Of a stretch of 64,000 nt of DNA, positions 1 through 9,569 are shown piece by piece. The notes beneath the pieces were generated by a model. That model saw only the letters and a program-made list of their open reading frames with translations, was not told the DNA's origin and made no database searches. The translations under genes and the position numbers were made by a program. The stretch spans positions 1 to 64,000 of the IMG/VR virus record IMGVR_UViG_3300009502_001749. One strand, given 5' to 3'. Positions within the stretch are counted from its first letter, which is position 1, and the number at the start of each line of letters is the position of its first letter. Source of the stretch: a virus.

Positions 1-1
1 A

Positions 2-139
2 TATAGATTTCCAGCGTTAGAAATTGAATCTCTTTTAGAGATAGCTTGGTGGAATTGGTCTGAAGAAAAAATAAAAGATGAATGTAATTTATTGTGGAGT
101 TCAAATATTAATGAGTTTATTAAAAAGTATAAGGAGTGA
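2..139 (+). CDS. C-terminal fragment of CatB/Vat-like (hexapeptide) O-acetyltransferase, truncated by window edge
   Basis: Frame from nt 2 reads YRFPALEIESLLEIAWWNWSEEKIK...KE*, matching the RF...I..LL.I.WW.W C-terminal helix of XAT/CatB acetyltransferases; not in ORF track. Confidence 0.6.
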   Translation, partial: YRFPALEIESLLEIAWWNWSEEKIKDECNLLWSSNINEFIKKYKE

Positions 140-143
140 AATT

Positions 144-512
144 ATGATTAGTATTTGTGAAGCATTAAGTGAAGATGAACGTAAGAAATATGAAGATCAT
201 ATACAAGGACTAAGAACCGGTAAAACATATCAACATATTTCTGATAGATTTTATAGTGGTCGTAGTAAAAATCCAGAAATTGATAGATCATTAATTGATC
301 ATGCTAAAGATAGGATAAGAGAAGCAAAAACTAATTTAGGTGCTGCAGAAGTAAGAAGCAATCTCAATGATAGATTTTCAATTTGGAATAAACTTAAAGA
401 TAATTATGCACAAAATATGAAGGATCAAGATTCAAAATATTCTAAATTATCAGCTCAGAATGCTTCAAATAAAATGGCTAATTTTAAACAAAATAAATAT
501 AATAAACCTTAA
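144..512 (+). CDS. Hypothetical protein with MISICEALSE leader (leader-family member)
   Basis: AGGAG at 132-136 precedes ATG 144; the ORF-track start at 78 overlaps the upstream gene. Confidence 0.6.
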   Translation: MISICEALSEDERKKYEDHIQGLRTGKTYQHISDRFYSGRSKNPEIDRSLIDHAKDRIREAKTNLGAAEVRSNLNDRFSIWNKLKDNYAQNMKDQDSKYSKLSAQNASNKMANFKQNKYNKP

Positions 513-532
513 ATATAAACTTCATCTTTTAC

Positions 533-540
533 ATAGAAAT
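533..540 (+). promoter_or_regulatory. Putative phage promoter motif ATAGAAAT
   Basis: Same motif in six intergenic regions, oriented towards the downstream gene. Confidence 0.4.
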
Positions 541-617
541 ATTATATTTATAAAAATGATCAACTGGAGGTTTTATGCCTTAGCTTTTTAAAATTAATTT
601 TTTGGAGGTAGACAAAA

Positions 618-1103
618 GTGATTATTAAAACACCTAATTGTTTCTTTCTTGTTTCAGGTAGTTCAGATGGTTTTTCTTTATTAAATGCTTTCGATGGTGC
701 TTTATTATCATCTGGAGTTGGAGACACAAATTTAGTTAGAATGAGTAGTATTCTTCCTCCAAGATGTAAAGAGATAGAAAAAGTAAAATTACCTTATGGT
801 GCTTTAATACCAGTTGCTTATGCGTCAATGACTAGTGATGTTAATGGTAATGTTATTTCTTCTGCAGTCGCAATAGGTATTCCAGAAGATTCAGAATTAG
901 CTGGTTTGATTATGGAATATTCTGCAAAAGATAGTAAAGAGATAGTTGAAGGACAAGTAAGAAAAATGGTAGAAGAAGGAATGAAAGTTAGAAATAGAAA
1001 AATTAAAGAAATAAAATCAATAGCAGCAACACATTATATAGCATCTAATTTTGGTGCTACATTTGCAGGTGTTGTACTTTGGGATGATGAGGTGATATTA
1101 TGA
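618..1103 (+). CDS. pdaD: Pyruvoyl-dependent arginine decarboxylase
   Basis: LNAFDGALLSSGVGDTNLVRMSSILPP with the Ser-Ser self-cleavage site; LPYGALIPVAY; GLIMEY; typical length. Confidence 0.85.
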   Translation: MIIKTPNCFFLVSGSSDGFSLLNAFDGALLSSGVGDTNLVRMSSILPPRCKEIEKVKLPYGALIPVAYASMTSDVNGNVISSAVAIGIPEDSELAGLIMEYSAKDSKEIVEGQVRKMVEEGMKVRNRKIKEIKSIAATHYIASNFGATFAGVVLWDDEVIL

Positions 1104-1333
1104 TTAGTATGAGTTATTTATTTGAAGAAGATCCAAATTGGATACAAGATGCTAAACCAAAGAAAGGTTTACTTCATCAGAAACTTGGAGTACCTCAAGA
1201 TGAAAAAATTCCACAACAGAAATTACAAAGTATAAAAGATAGATTACATAATAAAGCTGAGAAAGGTAGTTTAGCACCATCAGAACTTAAATTATCAAGA
1301 GAAGTTAATTTTGCAATAAATGCACAAGGTTAG
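1100..1333 (+). CDS. Small basic protein with MISMSYLFE leader
   Basis: Leader followed by NWIQDA..KKGLLHQKLGVPQDEKIP, a small-protein motif typical of large phages. Confidence 0.65.
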   Translation: MISMSYLFEEDPNWIQDAKPKKGLLHQKLGVPQDEKIPQQKLQSIKDRLHNKAEKGSLAPSELKLSREVNFAINAQG

Positions 1334-1361
1334 TAAAAATAAAAATGGAGGCGTTGTAGAA

Positions 1362-1946
1362 ATGGAAGAACAGAAAAAAGTAGTAGAAAATAAACCAGTA
1401 GATTTTATTTCTAGACAACAGAGACGTCAGCAAGAAAGAGAAGATGAAAAATATAATAAAATGATGAAGAAACAATTAGCAGCAATGGCTACAAAAGGTG
1501 ATTTGATGATGTTAGTTGAAGCCTTTAATAAATTAAGAGATCGTTTATTTCAGATGGATATAATAAATTCAGCATTAGAAAAGATTATAATTAATAAAGG
1601 TTTAGCAACAAGAGATGAAATTATGGTAGCTGTTAAATGTGAAGCAGACAGAGCAATGAAAATGAAAGAAGTAAATGATGAAAAAGAAAATTATGAAAAG
1701 AGACTTGAGACTTGTTTGGAGTTTGATATTGATCCAAATTTTACTAGTGTTCCTTTACAGATTTTTCAGGATACTAATTTAACAGTTGATCAGAAAAGAG
1801 ATCTTGCCGTTAAATATAATTTAGAAACAGTTTTAGAAAAATTACCAAAAGAAGAAAGTAAAGAAGTAATTGAACAAAAAGAAAAGATTGTTAAATTGTT
1901 AGATGAAATTAAACCAAAGGAAGAAAAAGAAAAATGTTTGATTTAG
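1362..1946 (+). CDS. Hypothetical coiled-coil protein
   Basis: GGAGG before ATG 1362; charged helical sequence. Confidence 0.6.
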   Translation: MEEQKKVVENKPVDFISRQQRRQQEREDEKYNKMMKKQLAAMATKGDLMMLVEAFNKLRDRLFQMDIINSALEKIIINKGLATRDEIMVAVKCEADRAMKMKEVNDEKENYEKRLETCLEFDIDPNFTSVPLQIFQDTNLTVDQKRDLAVKYNLETVLEKLPKEESKEVIEQKEKIVKLLDEIKPKEEKEKCLI

Positions 1947-4900
1947 TATTAGGTCATAGTAGTTTTTTGGGTCATACCGGGTATGCTCATCATTCAAGAG
2001 AATTTTTCACTGAATTAAATAAACGTATTCCAGTTCGTATTAGAAATTTTGCATATGTTGATAATCTTGATTATTTAACACAAATTCAAAAAGATATGGT
2101 GATTTATCAGAAGTGGAATAATGCACCATATGAAGTTGGAACACCTTTTGAAAGAAATCCAAAAGATAAGGTTATTAATATAATTCTTAATGAAACTAAT
2201 CATTATTATTATTATGATAAATATGATGGTCCAAAGATTGCATATAATGTTTGGGAGAGCACTCTACAACCAGAACAATTTTTTAAGAAGTTGTTAGAGT
2301 TTGATCAGCTCTGGGTTCCCACCACTTGGCAACGTGATTGTTCGATTGGACAAGGTTTTCCAGCGGCGCGAGTTAAAATTATTCCAGAAGGAATTGATGG
2401 AAATAAATTTTGTCCTGGTGAGAGTGATATAGATTTAACTCAACTCAGAAAGGAAGAATTCAATTTCGTTCTATTTGGTCGCTGGGATAATCGTAAATCA
2501 ACAACTGAAATTATTAGAGCTTTTTTAAATGAATTTAAAGTAGAAGAACCAGTTAATTTATATCTTCATATTGATAATCCTTGGGGAGAAAGAATAGATG
2601 GATTTAAAACAACTCAGGAACGTATGGTTCATTATGGTTTTGATCCAAAACATAAAAGACTTATACTTCTTCATGGACTTGAAAATGCAGATAAAGATGA
2701 TTTATATATTAATTATTTAAGAAATGCTAATTGTTTTGTAAGTTGTGCAAAAGCGGAAGGTTGGAATATTCCATTGATTCAAGGAATTTCTGTTGGTACT
2801 CCAACAATATCCTCAAATTATGGAGCTCAATTAGATTTTGCCGGTGAAGCATCTCATCTTGTAAACATAAAAAAATATGTAAAACCTTATAAAGTTTTTA
2901 TGCAAGATGATAATACACCAGGATTAGTTGCTCAACCTGACTATGAACATTTACAATTTGTAATGAGAGATATTTATAATAATTATAATCAGTATAAACA
3001 AAAAGCTTTAGAAGATTCTATAATCATTAGAGAGAAATTTAGTTGGGAGAAAGCAGCTGATAAAGCTATGGTAGCACTTGAAGAACTTTATCAAACTTGT
3101 TATCCACCAAGAAAGAGACTTAATATTGGTTGTGGTAATGATATTAAAGATGGATATATTAATATTGATGAATTTGTTGAAAATAATAGTATTACAAAAA
3201 TGAGTATGCTTAATTTAGATTTTGCCGGTAATTTTATTGATGAAATATATACATCACATTCTCTCGAACATTTTGGTAAAGATGGAGTAAAACAAGTTCT
3301 TAAAGAATGTTATAGGGTATTAAAAACAGATGGTATTCTTAAAATTGAAGTTCCTAATCTTGAAAAAGTTTTACAGAATTGGTTAGATACAAAAGAAGAA
3401 GATAGATGGGGATTTCCTTTAGATACTATTTTTGGTATTCAAGATAATCCAGGTGAGTTTCATAAAACAGGATTTACGAAACAACATTTAATAGATACTG
3501 TTAAACAGGCTGGATTTGATATTGATGAAATTAATGATGTATATAGTCATGCACAAGATTGTATTGAATTAAAAGCTCATAAAATTAATATTAGAGATAA
3601 TAGTGTTATTATAGTTGATTGTTATCCTGATACTGATGAAAAACAAGATCTTTTAGTTAAACAAATTATTTATCTTAAACAGTTTGGTATGCCGCTTTTA
3701 TTAACTACCCATTATTCAGATATACCGAGAGAAATTATTGACTTAGTTGATTATATTGTTTATGATAGAAAAAACATTTTAAGTGATGATAGTATTGATT
3801 TTTTCTTTGTTATGAAAGATTTTATTAAAATTAAAAGTAAAGTATCAAAGAAATATCATTCAGTTGCAGTTCACACAAATCTTAAAAATGCTTTAAAGTT
3901 TTGTAAAGATAAATTTAGATATGCACATTTTATAGAATATGATACAAGTGTTGATTTTTCAAAACATTTGCAGATAGCTGAAAAATCTTTATTTGATGTT
4001 AAAGCTTGTATGTATTCTTATGATGAAGAACAAAAAGGAATCAGACAAATTTCAAATGATAATTCTATTATTGGATTAATAACAAATCTTATGTCATTTG
4101 ATATTAAGTGGTTTGATGATAATCTTGCCGATGTAAATTCATGGGAAGAATATAAAAATATTACTTTAGAATCATCAAAGAAACTCAATAAATATACAGA
4201 TTTAATTTATGAAAATTGGATGTATGATTATTTTAAATCCAATAATTTACTTAAAAATATTGGTGTAATTGATAATGAAACAAAAAATAAAATAATCAAA
4301 GAAAGAAGTAAAATAGTATCAGGAAAATTTGAAGATGATAATCTTATTATTTTATTATCAGAAACAAATCAACATGATGTTCTTATATTTGCAATAAACG
4401 ATTATAAAGATCATAAAGTTGATTATAGATTTACATGTAATGGAAAAGTTACAGAAGGACAAGTACCAACAAATGGATTTGCATATTATGTTGCAAATAA
4501 AATAGACAAAGTTCAAGTTATGCTTGATACTAAAGTAACAGATTTAGAATTTGATTATACAAAATTATACAGTTTAACAACTAGATTTAAATTTGTTGAT
4601 GATAGAATTAAATGTTTTGAATGGACAGAAAATGATGATAATGGATTTACAGTTAAAAAAGATGTTCCAGTTAGTGTAAAATATCATTTTGTTGATGGAG
4701 CATTTGTTGAAATATTAGGAAATAATGAAGAATCAAAAGATTATACTGTTGAATTTATAGATCAAAATGATAATAATAAAATAATATTTTCAACAAATAT
4801 ATCACCTAATAATTGGACAAGACCTAATTTAAAATATTTTATAAACTGGAAAACCCTTGTAAAACATAAAAATAAAATAATATTTGAACATTTATATAAC

Positions 4901-5755
4901 GCAAAAGATAAAAGAATATTAATAAATATAGATAGCAAAGCTCTGGGTGACACTATTGCTTGGATGCCTTATCTTGATGAATTTAGAAAGAAACATGAAT
5001 GTAAAGTTATTGCAACAACATTTTGGAATACACTTTTTAAAGATACTTATCCAGAAATTGAATTTTTTGAACCTGGACAATCTTTTAAAGATTTATATGC
5101 ACAATATATTGTTGGTGTATTTGATGGTGATTATAATCATAATAAAATTCACTGGAGATCTGGTCCATTACAAAAAGTTGCTTCTGATATTCTTGGTTTA
5201 GATTATAAAGAAGTTATTCCAAAAATTTCAGTTGTTAAAAAAGAAAGAGAAATTAAAGAAAAGTATGTTGCTATATCACAACATAGTACTTTTCAATGTA
5301 AATTTTGGATACACGCTAAAGGATGGCAATTCATAATTGATTATTTGAATAGTATAGGATATAAAGTTGTAGTTGTATCTTTACAAAAACCATTAGATAT
5401 TATTAATGTTGTTGATTATACAGGAAGATCAATTCCAGACACTATTAATATTATTAAAAATTCAGAGTTTTTTATAGGAGTTAGCTCTGGTTTATCTTGG
5501 TTAGCTTGGGCATTAAACATTCCAACAATTTTAATTTCTGGTTATAGTTCTGAATGGGCTGAAATGAATGAAACGGAAAAAGCTATTAGAGTTATAAATA
5601 AAAATGTATGTAATAGTTGTTGGCAAGATATAAGTTTGCCAATAGATCGTGGTAATTTTAATTGGTGTCCTAGAAATAAAGATATGGAATGCACAAAAGA
5701 AATAACTTCACAGATGGTAATTGAAGCAATAGAAAAAATAAAGGATAAGAAATGA
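1934..5755 (+). CDS. Multidomain glycosyltransferase: GT4-like + class I SAM methyltransferase + Aah/TibC-type O-heptosyltransferase (GT9-like)
   Basis: HTGYAHHSRE..YNVWEST..AEGWNIP (GT4); LNIGCG..SHSLEH..LKIEVPN (MTase); SKALGDTIAW, FIGVSSGLSWLAWAL, VCNSCW..WCP..MECTKEIT (autotransporter heptosyltransferase with Cys cluster). Confidence 0.8.
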   Translation: MFDLVLGHSSFLGHTGYAHHSREFFTELNKRIPVRIRNFAYVDNLDYLTQIQKDMVIYQKWNNAPYEVGTPFERNPKDKVINIILNETNHYYYYDKYDGPKIAYNVWESTLQPEQFFKKLLEFDQLWVPTTWQRDCSIGQGFPAARVKIIPEGIDGNKFCPGESDIDLTQLRKEEFNFVLFGRWDNRKSTTEIIRAFLNEFKVEEPVNLYLHIDNPWGERIDGFKTTQERMVHYGFDPKHKRLILLHGLENADKDDLYINYLRNANCFVSCAKAEGWNIPLIQGISVGTPTISSNYGAQLDFAGEASHLVNIKKYVKPYKVFMQDDNTPGLVAQPDYEHLQFVMRDIYNNYNQYKQKALEDSIIIREKFSWEKAADKAMVALEELYQTCYPPRKRLNIGCGNDIKDGYINIDEFVENNSITKMSMLNLDFAGNFIDEIYTSHSLEHFGKDGVKQVLKECYRVLKTDGILKIEVPNLEKVLQNWLDTKEEDRWGFPLDTIFGIQDNPGEFHKTGFTKQHLIDTVKQAGFDIDEINDVYSHAQDCIELKAHKINIRDNSVIIVDCYPDTDEKQDLLVKQIIYLKQFGMPLLLTTHYSDIPREIIDLVDYIVYDRKNILSDDSIDFFFVMKDFIKIKSKVSKKYHSVAVHTNLKNALKFCKDKFRYAHFIEYDTSVDFSKHLQIAEKSLFDVKACMYSYDEEQKGIRQISNDNSIIGLITNLMSFDIKWFDDNLADVNSWEEYKNITLESSKKLNKYTDLIYENWMYDYFKSNNLLKNIGVIDNETKNKIIKERSKIVSGKFEDDNLIILLSETNQHDVLIFAINDYKDHKVDYRFTCNGKVTEGQVPTNGFAYYVANKIDKVQVMLDTKVTDLEFDYTKLYSLTTRFKFVDDRIKCFEWTENDDNGFTVKKDVPVSVKYHFVDGAFVEILGNNEESKDYTVEFIDQNDNNKIIFSTNISPNNWTRPNLKYFINWKTLVKHKNKIIFEHLYNAKDKRILINIDSKALGDTIAWMPYLDEFRKKHECKVIATTFWNTLFKDTYPEIEFFEPGQSFKDLYAQYIVGVFDGDYNHNKIHWRSGPLQKVASDILGLDYKEVIPKISVVKKEREIKEKYVAISQHSTFQCKFWIHAKGWQFIIDYLNSIGYKVVVVSLQKPLDIINVVDYTGRSIPDTINIIKNSEFFIGVSSGLSWLAWALNIPTILISGYSSEWAEMNETEKAIRVINKNVCNSCWQDISLPIDRGNFNWCPRNKDMECTKEITSQMVIEAIEKIKDKK

Positions 5756-6180
5756 AAGAAGTAATAGTTATAACATCAGGATATTTTGATCCAATACATG
5801 TTGGACATTTAGAATGTTTAGAACTTGCTAAACAATTAGGAGATAAATTAATTGTAATTTTAAATTCTGATAAAGCTGCTATAAGAAAGAAGGGTTATTT
5901 TTTTATGCCTTCAGAAGAACGTGCTAAGATTCTTGCCGCTATTAAATATGTTGATATTGTTTGGAAATCTATTGATACAGATATGTCTGTTAAAGAATCA
6001 ATAAGAGATATTCATTCACATTTTAAAGATAATTATTTAATATTTGCAAAAGGTGGAGATGTATTTAAAGATAATATTATTGAAAAAGATTTATGTGAAG
6101 AATTAGGAATTAAAATTATTGATAGATTGGGTGAAAAAATCCAGTCAAGTTCAGAATTAGTTAAAAAGATAAAGAAATAG
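5752..6180 (+). CDS. Cytidylyltransferase-like nucleotidyltransferase (RfaE domain II / TagD family)
   Basis: SGYFDPIHVGH (HxGH), FAKGGD, KIQSSS. Confidence 0.8.
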   Translation: MKEVIVITSGYFDPIHVGHLECLELAKQLGDKLIVILNSDKAAIRKKGYFFMPSEERAKILAAIKYVDIVWKSIDTDMSVKESIRDIHSHFKDNYLIFAKGGDVFKDNIIEKDLCEELGIKIIDRLGEKIQSSSELVKKIKK

Positions 6181-6191
6181 AGTTTTATTTT

Positions 6192-6231
6192 AAAAGGTCA
6201 ATATCTTTAAATAATAAGATATTGACCTTTT
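6192..6231. terminator. 16-bp perfect inverted repeat, probable terminator/regulatory hairpin
   Basis: AAAAGGTCAATATCTT-TAAATAAT-AAGATATTGACCTTTT immediately after stop 6180. Confidence 0.55.
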
Positions 6232-6254
6232 TAATTAAGGAGGGAAATATATTT

Positions 6255-6605
6255 ATGTCTGATTTTAAATATGAAGAAACTATGGAACAACCTTTTGTAA
6301 ATTTAGTTTTGGGAACAACTAATAATAATATTGTTATTGAAAATTATAAAAAGTTTAGAATAACTGGACCAACTGAAGAATTTACAATTTCAGGTATTAC
6401 TGGTGGAACAGATGGAAGAGAAATATTATTATATAATAGTGTAGCTTTTAAAATGACAATTAATAATGATAGTGCAAATTCAAGTGCAGCTAATAGAATT
6501 TTGACTTTATCTGGTGGAGATTTTCAAACAACAACAGTAGGTTCTGTGACTTTAATATATGATGGAGCTGCATCAAGATGGATTTTTAAAGGTAGTATAG
6601 CATAG
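6255..6605 (+). CDS. Putative virion structural protein
   Basis: RBS before ATG 6255; beta-rich T/G/S sequence ending LIYDGAASRW as in fibre C-terminal domains. Confidence 0.45.
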   Translation: MSDFKYEETMEQPFVNLVLGTTNNNIVIENYKKFRITGPTEEFTISGITGGTDGREILLYNSVAFKMTINNDSANSSAANRILTLSGGDFQTTTVGSVTLIYDGAASRWIFKGSIA

Positions 6606-6627
6606 TAATTAAAGGAGAGGTTAAATT

Positions 6628-7722
6628 ATGCCTAAATATTTGAATGAAGCAAGTTATCCAATTTTTTACGGTGGTACAACATTTGTACCTGGAAAACCAA
6701 TTGAAACATTAGATGTTATAAATAATGAAGCTTTTGTATTTGGAACAGTTGGAGAAACTTATGCTATAGTTGCTGGTGTGAATGATAGTTTGTTAATTAG
6801 ATTTAATAATGAGACTGTTTTGACAACAGTAACACTTACAGCTGGAGTAGCACAAACAATAGATAATGTTGTAACAGATATTAATACTGCCTATGGTTAT
6901 ACTGTTGCATATAATGAAGGTGGAAGACTTAAGATAGTTGCTCCAAAAAGAGAGTCTGATATATCTGCTGTTTGGATAGAAAATACTAATGGAACGGCAA
7001 ATGCTACATTGGGTTTAATCGGACATGATTGTAATCCATCTGGTTTAGTGGCAATAAAAGCTTTTATTAATTCAACAAAATTATCAACATTTAATATTAC
7101 AACTGCTAACAATAAATTCATTTTTAAATTTAATAGTGATGATTGGATAACAGTTACATTAACTGTTGGAGCGGCAAGAACTGCACAAGAAATTGCCGAT
7201 GAAATTAATACTGCATATAGAATTGCTACTGGAAAATTTGAAATTGTTGCAAAAGCTGTTGAACTCATAACTGGTGGTGGAGATATTGTATTACAATTAA
7301 TTTCACCAGTTGTTAGCAATTATACATCATCAGTTTTTATCAGAACATTAAACAATACAGCTCTTACAGTTCTTGGATTTGATAGTGATGATAAATTACC
7401 TTTAGTTAGTAATGGTTATCCACAACTAACTATGCAAGAGATCTTGCCGTTATATAATCCTCTTGTATCATACACATTATTAACTTTCCCTGGAGCTGGT
7501 CTTACAACTTTTTATACAAATGCTGGTGTTACTGCTTTTGAATTTATTAGAGTAACTGGTGCTGCTGTTAATATTTTCATTGAAGATGTTCATAATCTCC
7601 CACCTATTAATTTAGCAGTTGGTGAAAAGATAACTATTGAACATAAAATTGCAAGAATTAACAAATTTATATTTCAGTCTTTGGGAGCTGGTACAATTAC
7701 AATTTTGGAATTAAATAATTAA
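6628..7722 (+). CDS. Putative virion structural protein with two internal repeats
   Basis: Repeated TVTLT.G.A.T...I...INTAY motif. Confidence 0.5.
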   Translation: MPKYLNEASYPIFYGGTTFVPGKPIETLDVINNEAFVFGTVGETYAIVAGVNDSLLIRFNNETVLTTVTLTAGVAQTIDNVVTDINTAYGYTVAYNEGGRLKIVAPKRESDISAVWIENTNGTANATLGLIGHDCNPSGLVAIKAFINSTKLSTFNITTANNKFIFKFNSDDWITVTLTVGAARTAQEIADEINTAYRIATGKFEIVAKAVELITGGGDIVLQLISPVVSNYTSSVFIRTLNNTALTVLGFDSDDKLPLVSNGYPQLTMQEILPLYNPLVSYTLLTFPGAGLTTFYTNAGVTAFEFIRVTGAAVNIFIEDVHNLPPINLAVGEKITIEHKIARINKFIFQSLGAGTITILELNN

Positions 7723-7745
7723 TAGAATTTTGGAGGTTTATTAAT

Positions 7746-8528
7746 ATGGAAGATGAAAGAATTTATATTGGTAGAGGTATGGGAACATCTGGAACAAGTG
7801 GAACTGGAACTAGCGGAAGTTCTGGTACATCTGGAACAGGAATAACAAGCGGCAGTTCAGGAACATCTGGTTCTAGCGGTTCTTCTGGAAGTTCAGGCAC
7901 TTCTGGTTCTAGTGGAACATCTGGAAGTTCAGGATCATCAGGTTCTTCCGGAACATCAGCAACTTCTGTAACATCTGGTAGTTCTGGAACAAGTGGTAGC
8001 TCTGGAACAAGTGGTAGCTCTGGAACAAGTGGTTCTTCAGGCACTAGTGGTTCTTCAGGAACAAGTGGAGCAATAGGTACTGGTGGCAGTTCAGGAACAT
8101 CTGGTAGTAGCGGTTCTTCTGGAACATCTGCAACATCAGTAACATCAGGTTCTTCTGGGGCTAATGGTTCTTCTGGGGCTAATGGTTCTTCTGGTACAAG
8201 TGGAAGTTCTGGTACTTCAATTGTAAATATTAGTTTAAAATATTATGATTATGATCAAGCTGTTGCTGATGATGCATCTTTTGATCTTCCTGCAATTACA
8301 AATGTTGGAAATGGTTGGGTTATAGCTGGTCAGAATCAAGAAAGAAGTTGGTTTGTTGTAGGTCCAGTTGGTACAGTTACATTAATAAATAATACAACAA
8401 ATGTTATTGCCGGTGCAGATACAAATGGTAAATTTTGTATTGGAACAGCTGAATCTCAAGAACCATTAACAATTAAGAATAGACTTGGTTCATCTATGAA
8501 TGTAATGTTACAGATGTGGTATGATTAA
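7746..8528 (+). CDS. Ser-Gly-Thr (SGTSGS) repeat fibre-like virion protein
   Basis: About 145 residues of Gly-every-third-residue SGT/SGS repeats. Confidence 0.6.
   Translation: MEDERIYIGRGMGTSGTSGTGTSGSSGTSGTGITSGSSGTSGSSGSSGSSGTSGSSGTSGSSGSSGSSGTSATSVTSGSSGTSGSSGTSGSSGTSGSSGTSGSSGTSGAIGTGGSSGTSGSSGSSGTSATSVTSGSSGANGSSGANGSSGTSGSSGTSIVNISLKYYDYDQAVADDASFDLPAITNVGNGWVIAGQNQERSWFVVGPVGTVTLINNTTNVIAGADTNGKFCIGTAESQEPLTIKNRLGSSMNVMLQMWYD
7782..8219 (+). repeat. Coding tandem repeat (SGTSGS)n, degenerate 9/18-bp units
   Basis: e.g. TCTGGAACAAGTGGTAGC repeated at about 7983-8035. Confidence 0.85.
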
Positions 8529-8546
8529 TTTTAGGAGGTTTTATTT

Positions 8547-9488
8547 ATGAATTTACCACCTTATGGAGATGATAATAAACGTGTATTAGCTCATTTTGGA
8601 GTTCTTAGGGTTTCTCCTCAAGATGTTCCAAGTATGACTGTGAAAGTTTCACCTGGAGGGTTCTGGTACTACACTAGTACTGGACCAGTATATACTGAAT
8701 TTGCTGGTGGTAATTCACCAACGATAAGTGCTCCAGGTACTAATGCAAAATGGGTAATGGTTGTTTTAAATTCTTCTTGTCAAATTGTTTTAATTGATGG
8801 TACCATTAGTTCACATCCTCAGATACCAACAATTCCAAGAGGAAGAATAATTCTCGCTGCAGTATATGTACAAACAGGAACAACAAAAATTACAAGCGAT
8901 ATAATTTTTGATGTTAGAACTTTATTTGCTCAATTTCCAACTGATCATAGAGATTTAGCTGGAACATCCGAGGTATCAGCACATCCAATATCTTCTATTA
9001 TTGATCTACAAACAACTTTAGACACATTAGTAACAGAAACAACTTTAGATTCAGAATTAGAATCTAAAGCTGATCAAACTGGTACTAATGAAACTTCTTT
9101 TATTTTAAATAAAGATTTTATTGGTACTCCTGCATCAAATGTTGAAATTTTAGTTGAAAGAGGTAGTGAATCTAATGTTGGTATTAAATGGAATGAAACT
9201 TTAGATCAATGGCAAGTTACTTCTGATGGAACAACTTGGAATACATTTGGTTCAGTTATGACAAGTGGATCTTCTGGAAGTTCCGGAACATCAGGTTCTA
9301 GCGGCACGAGTGGAAGTAGTGGAACATCTGGAAGTAGTGGAACATCTGGAAGTAGTGGAACATCTGGAAGTTCCGGAACAAGTGGTACATCTATGACCGG
9401 AGGAACTTCAGGAACATTTAGTATGACAAGTGGTGGAACAATTATTGTTCTTGATGGATTAGTTACGTCAATTTCAGGACCACCGTAA
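8547..9488 (+). CDS. Putative tail fibre/virion protein with C-terminal SGTSGS repeat; paralogue of 9570
   Basis: MNLPPYGD..KRV, VERG...NVGIKW shared with the next gene; repeat at about 9261-9425. Confidence 0.6.
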   Translation: MNLPPYGDDNKRVLAHFGVLRVSPQDVPSMTVKVSPGGFWYYTSTGPVYTEFAGGNSPTISAPGTNAKWVMVVLNSSCQIVLIDGTISSHPQIPTIPRGRIILAAVYVQTGTTKITSDIIFDVRTLFAQFPTDHRDLAGTSEVSAHPISSIIDLQTTLDTLVTETTLDSELESKADQTGTNETSFILNKDFIGTPASNVEILVERGSESNVGIKWNETLDQWQVTSDGTTWNTFGSVMTSGSSGSSGTSGSSGTSGSSGTSGSSGTSGSSGTSGSSGTSGTSMTGGTSGTFSMTSGGTIIVLDGLVTSISGPP

Positions 9489-9511
9489 CATGATTATATA
9501 AAATAAATAAC

Positions 9512-9543
9512 ATCGGCAAGATCTGAAATAAAATCTTGCCGAT
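9512..9543. repeat. Conserved intergenic palindrome, copy 1
   Basis: ATCGGCAAGAT-CTGAAATAAA-ATCTTGCCGAT. Confidence 0.9.
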
Positions 9544-9569
9544 AAAAATTTATATGGAGGTAAATTTTA

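Noticed and set aside
7763-8044. Reverse-strand (PELPLV)n ORF
   Set aside because: Antisense shadow of the SGTSGS repeat
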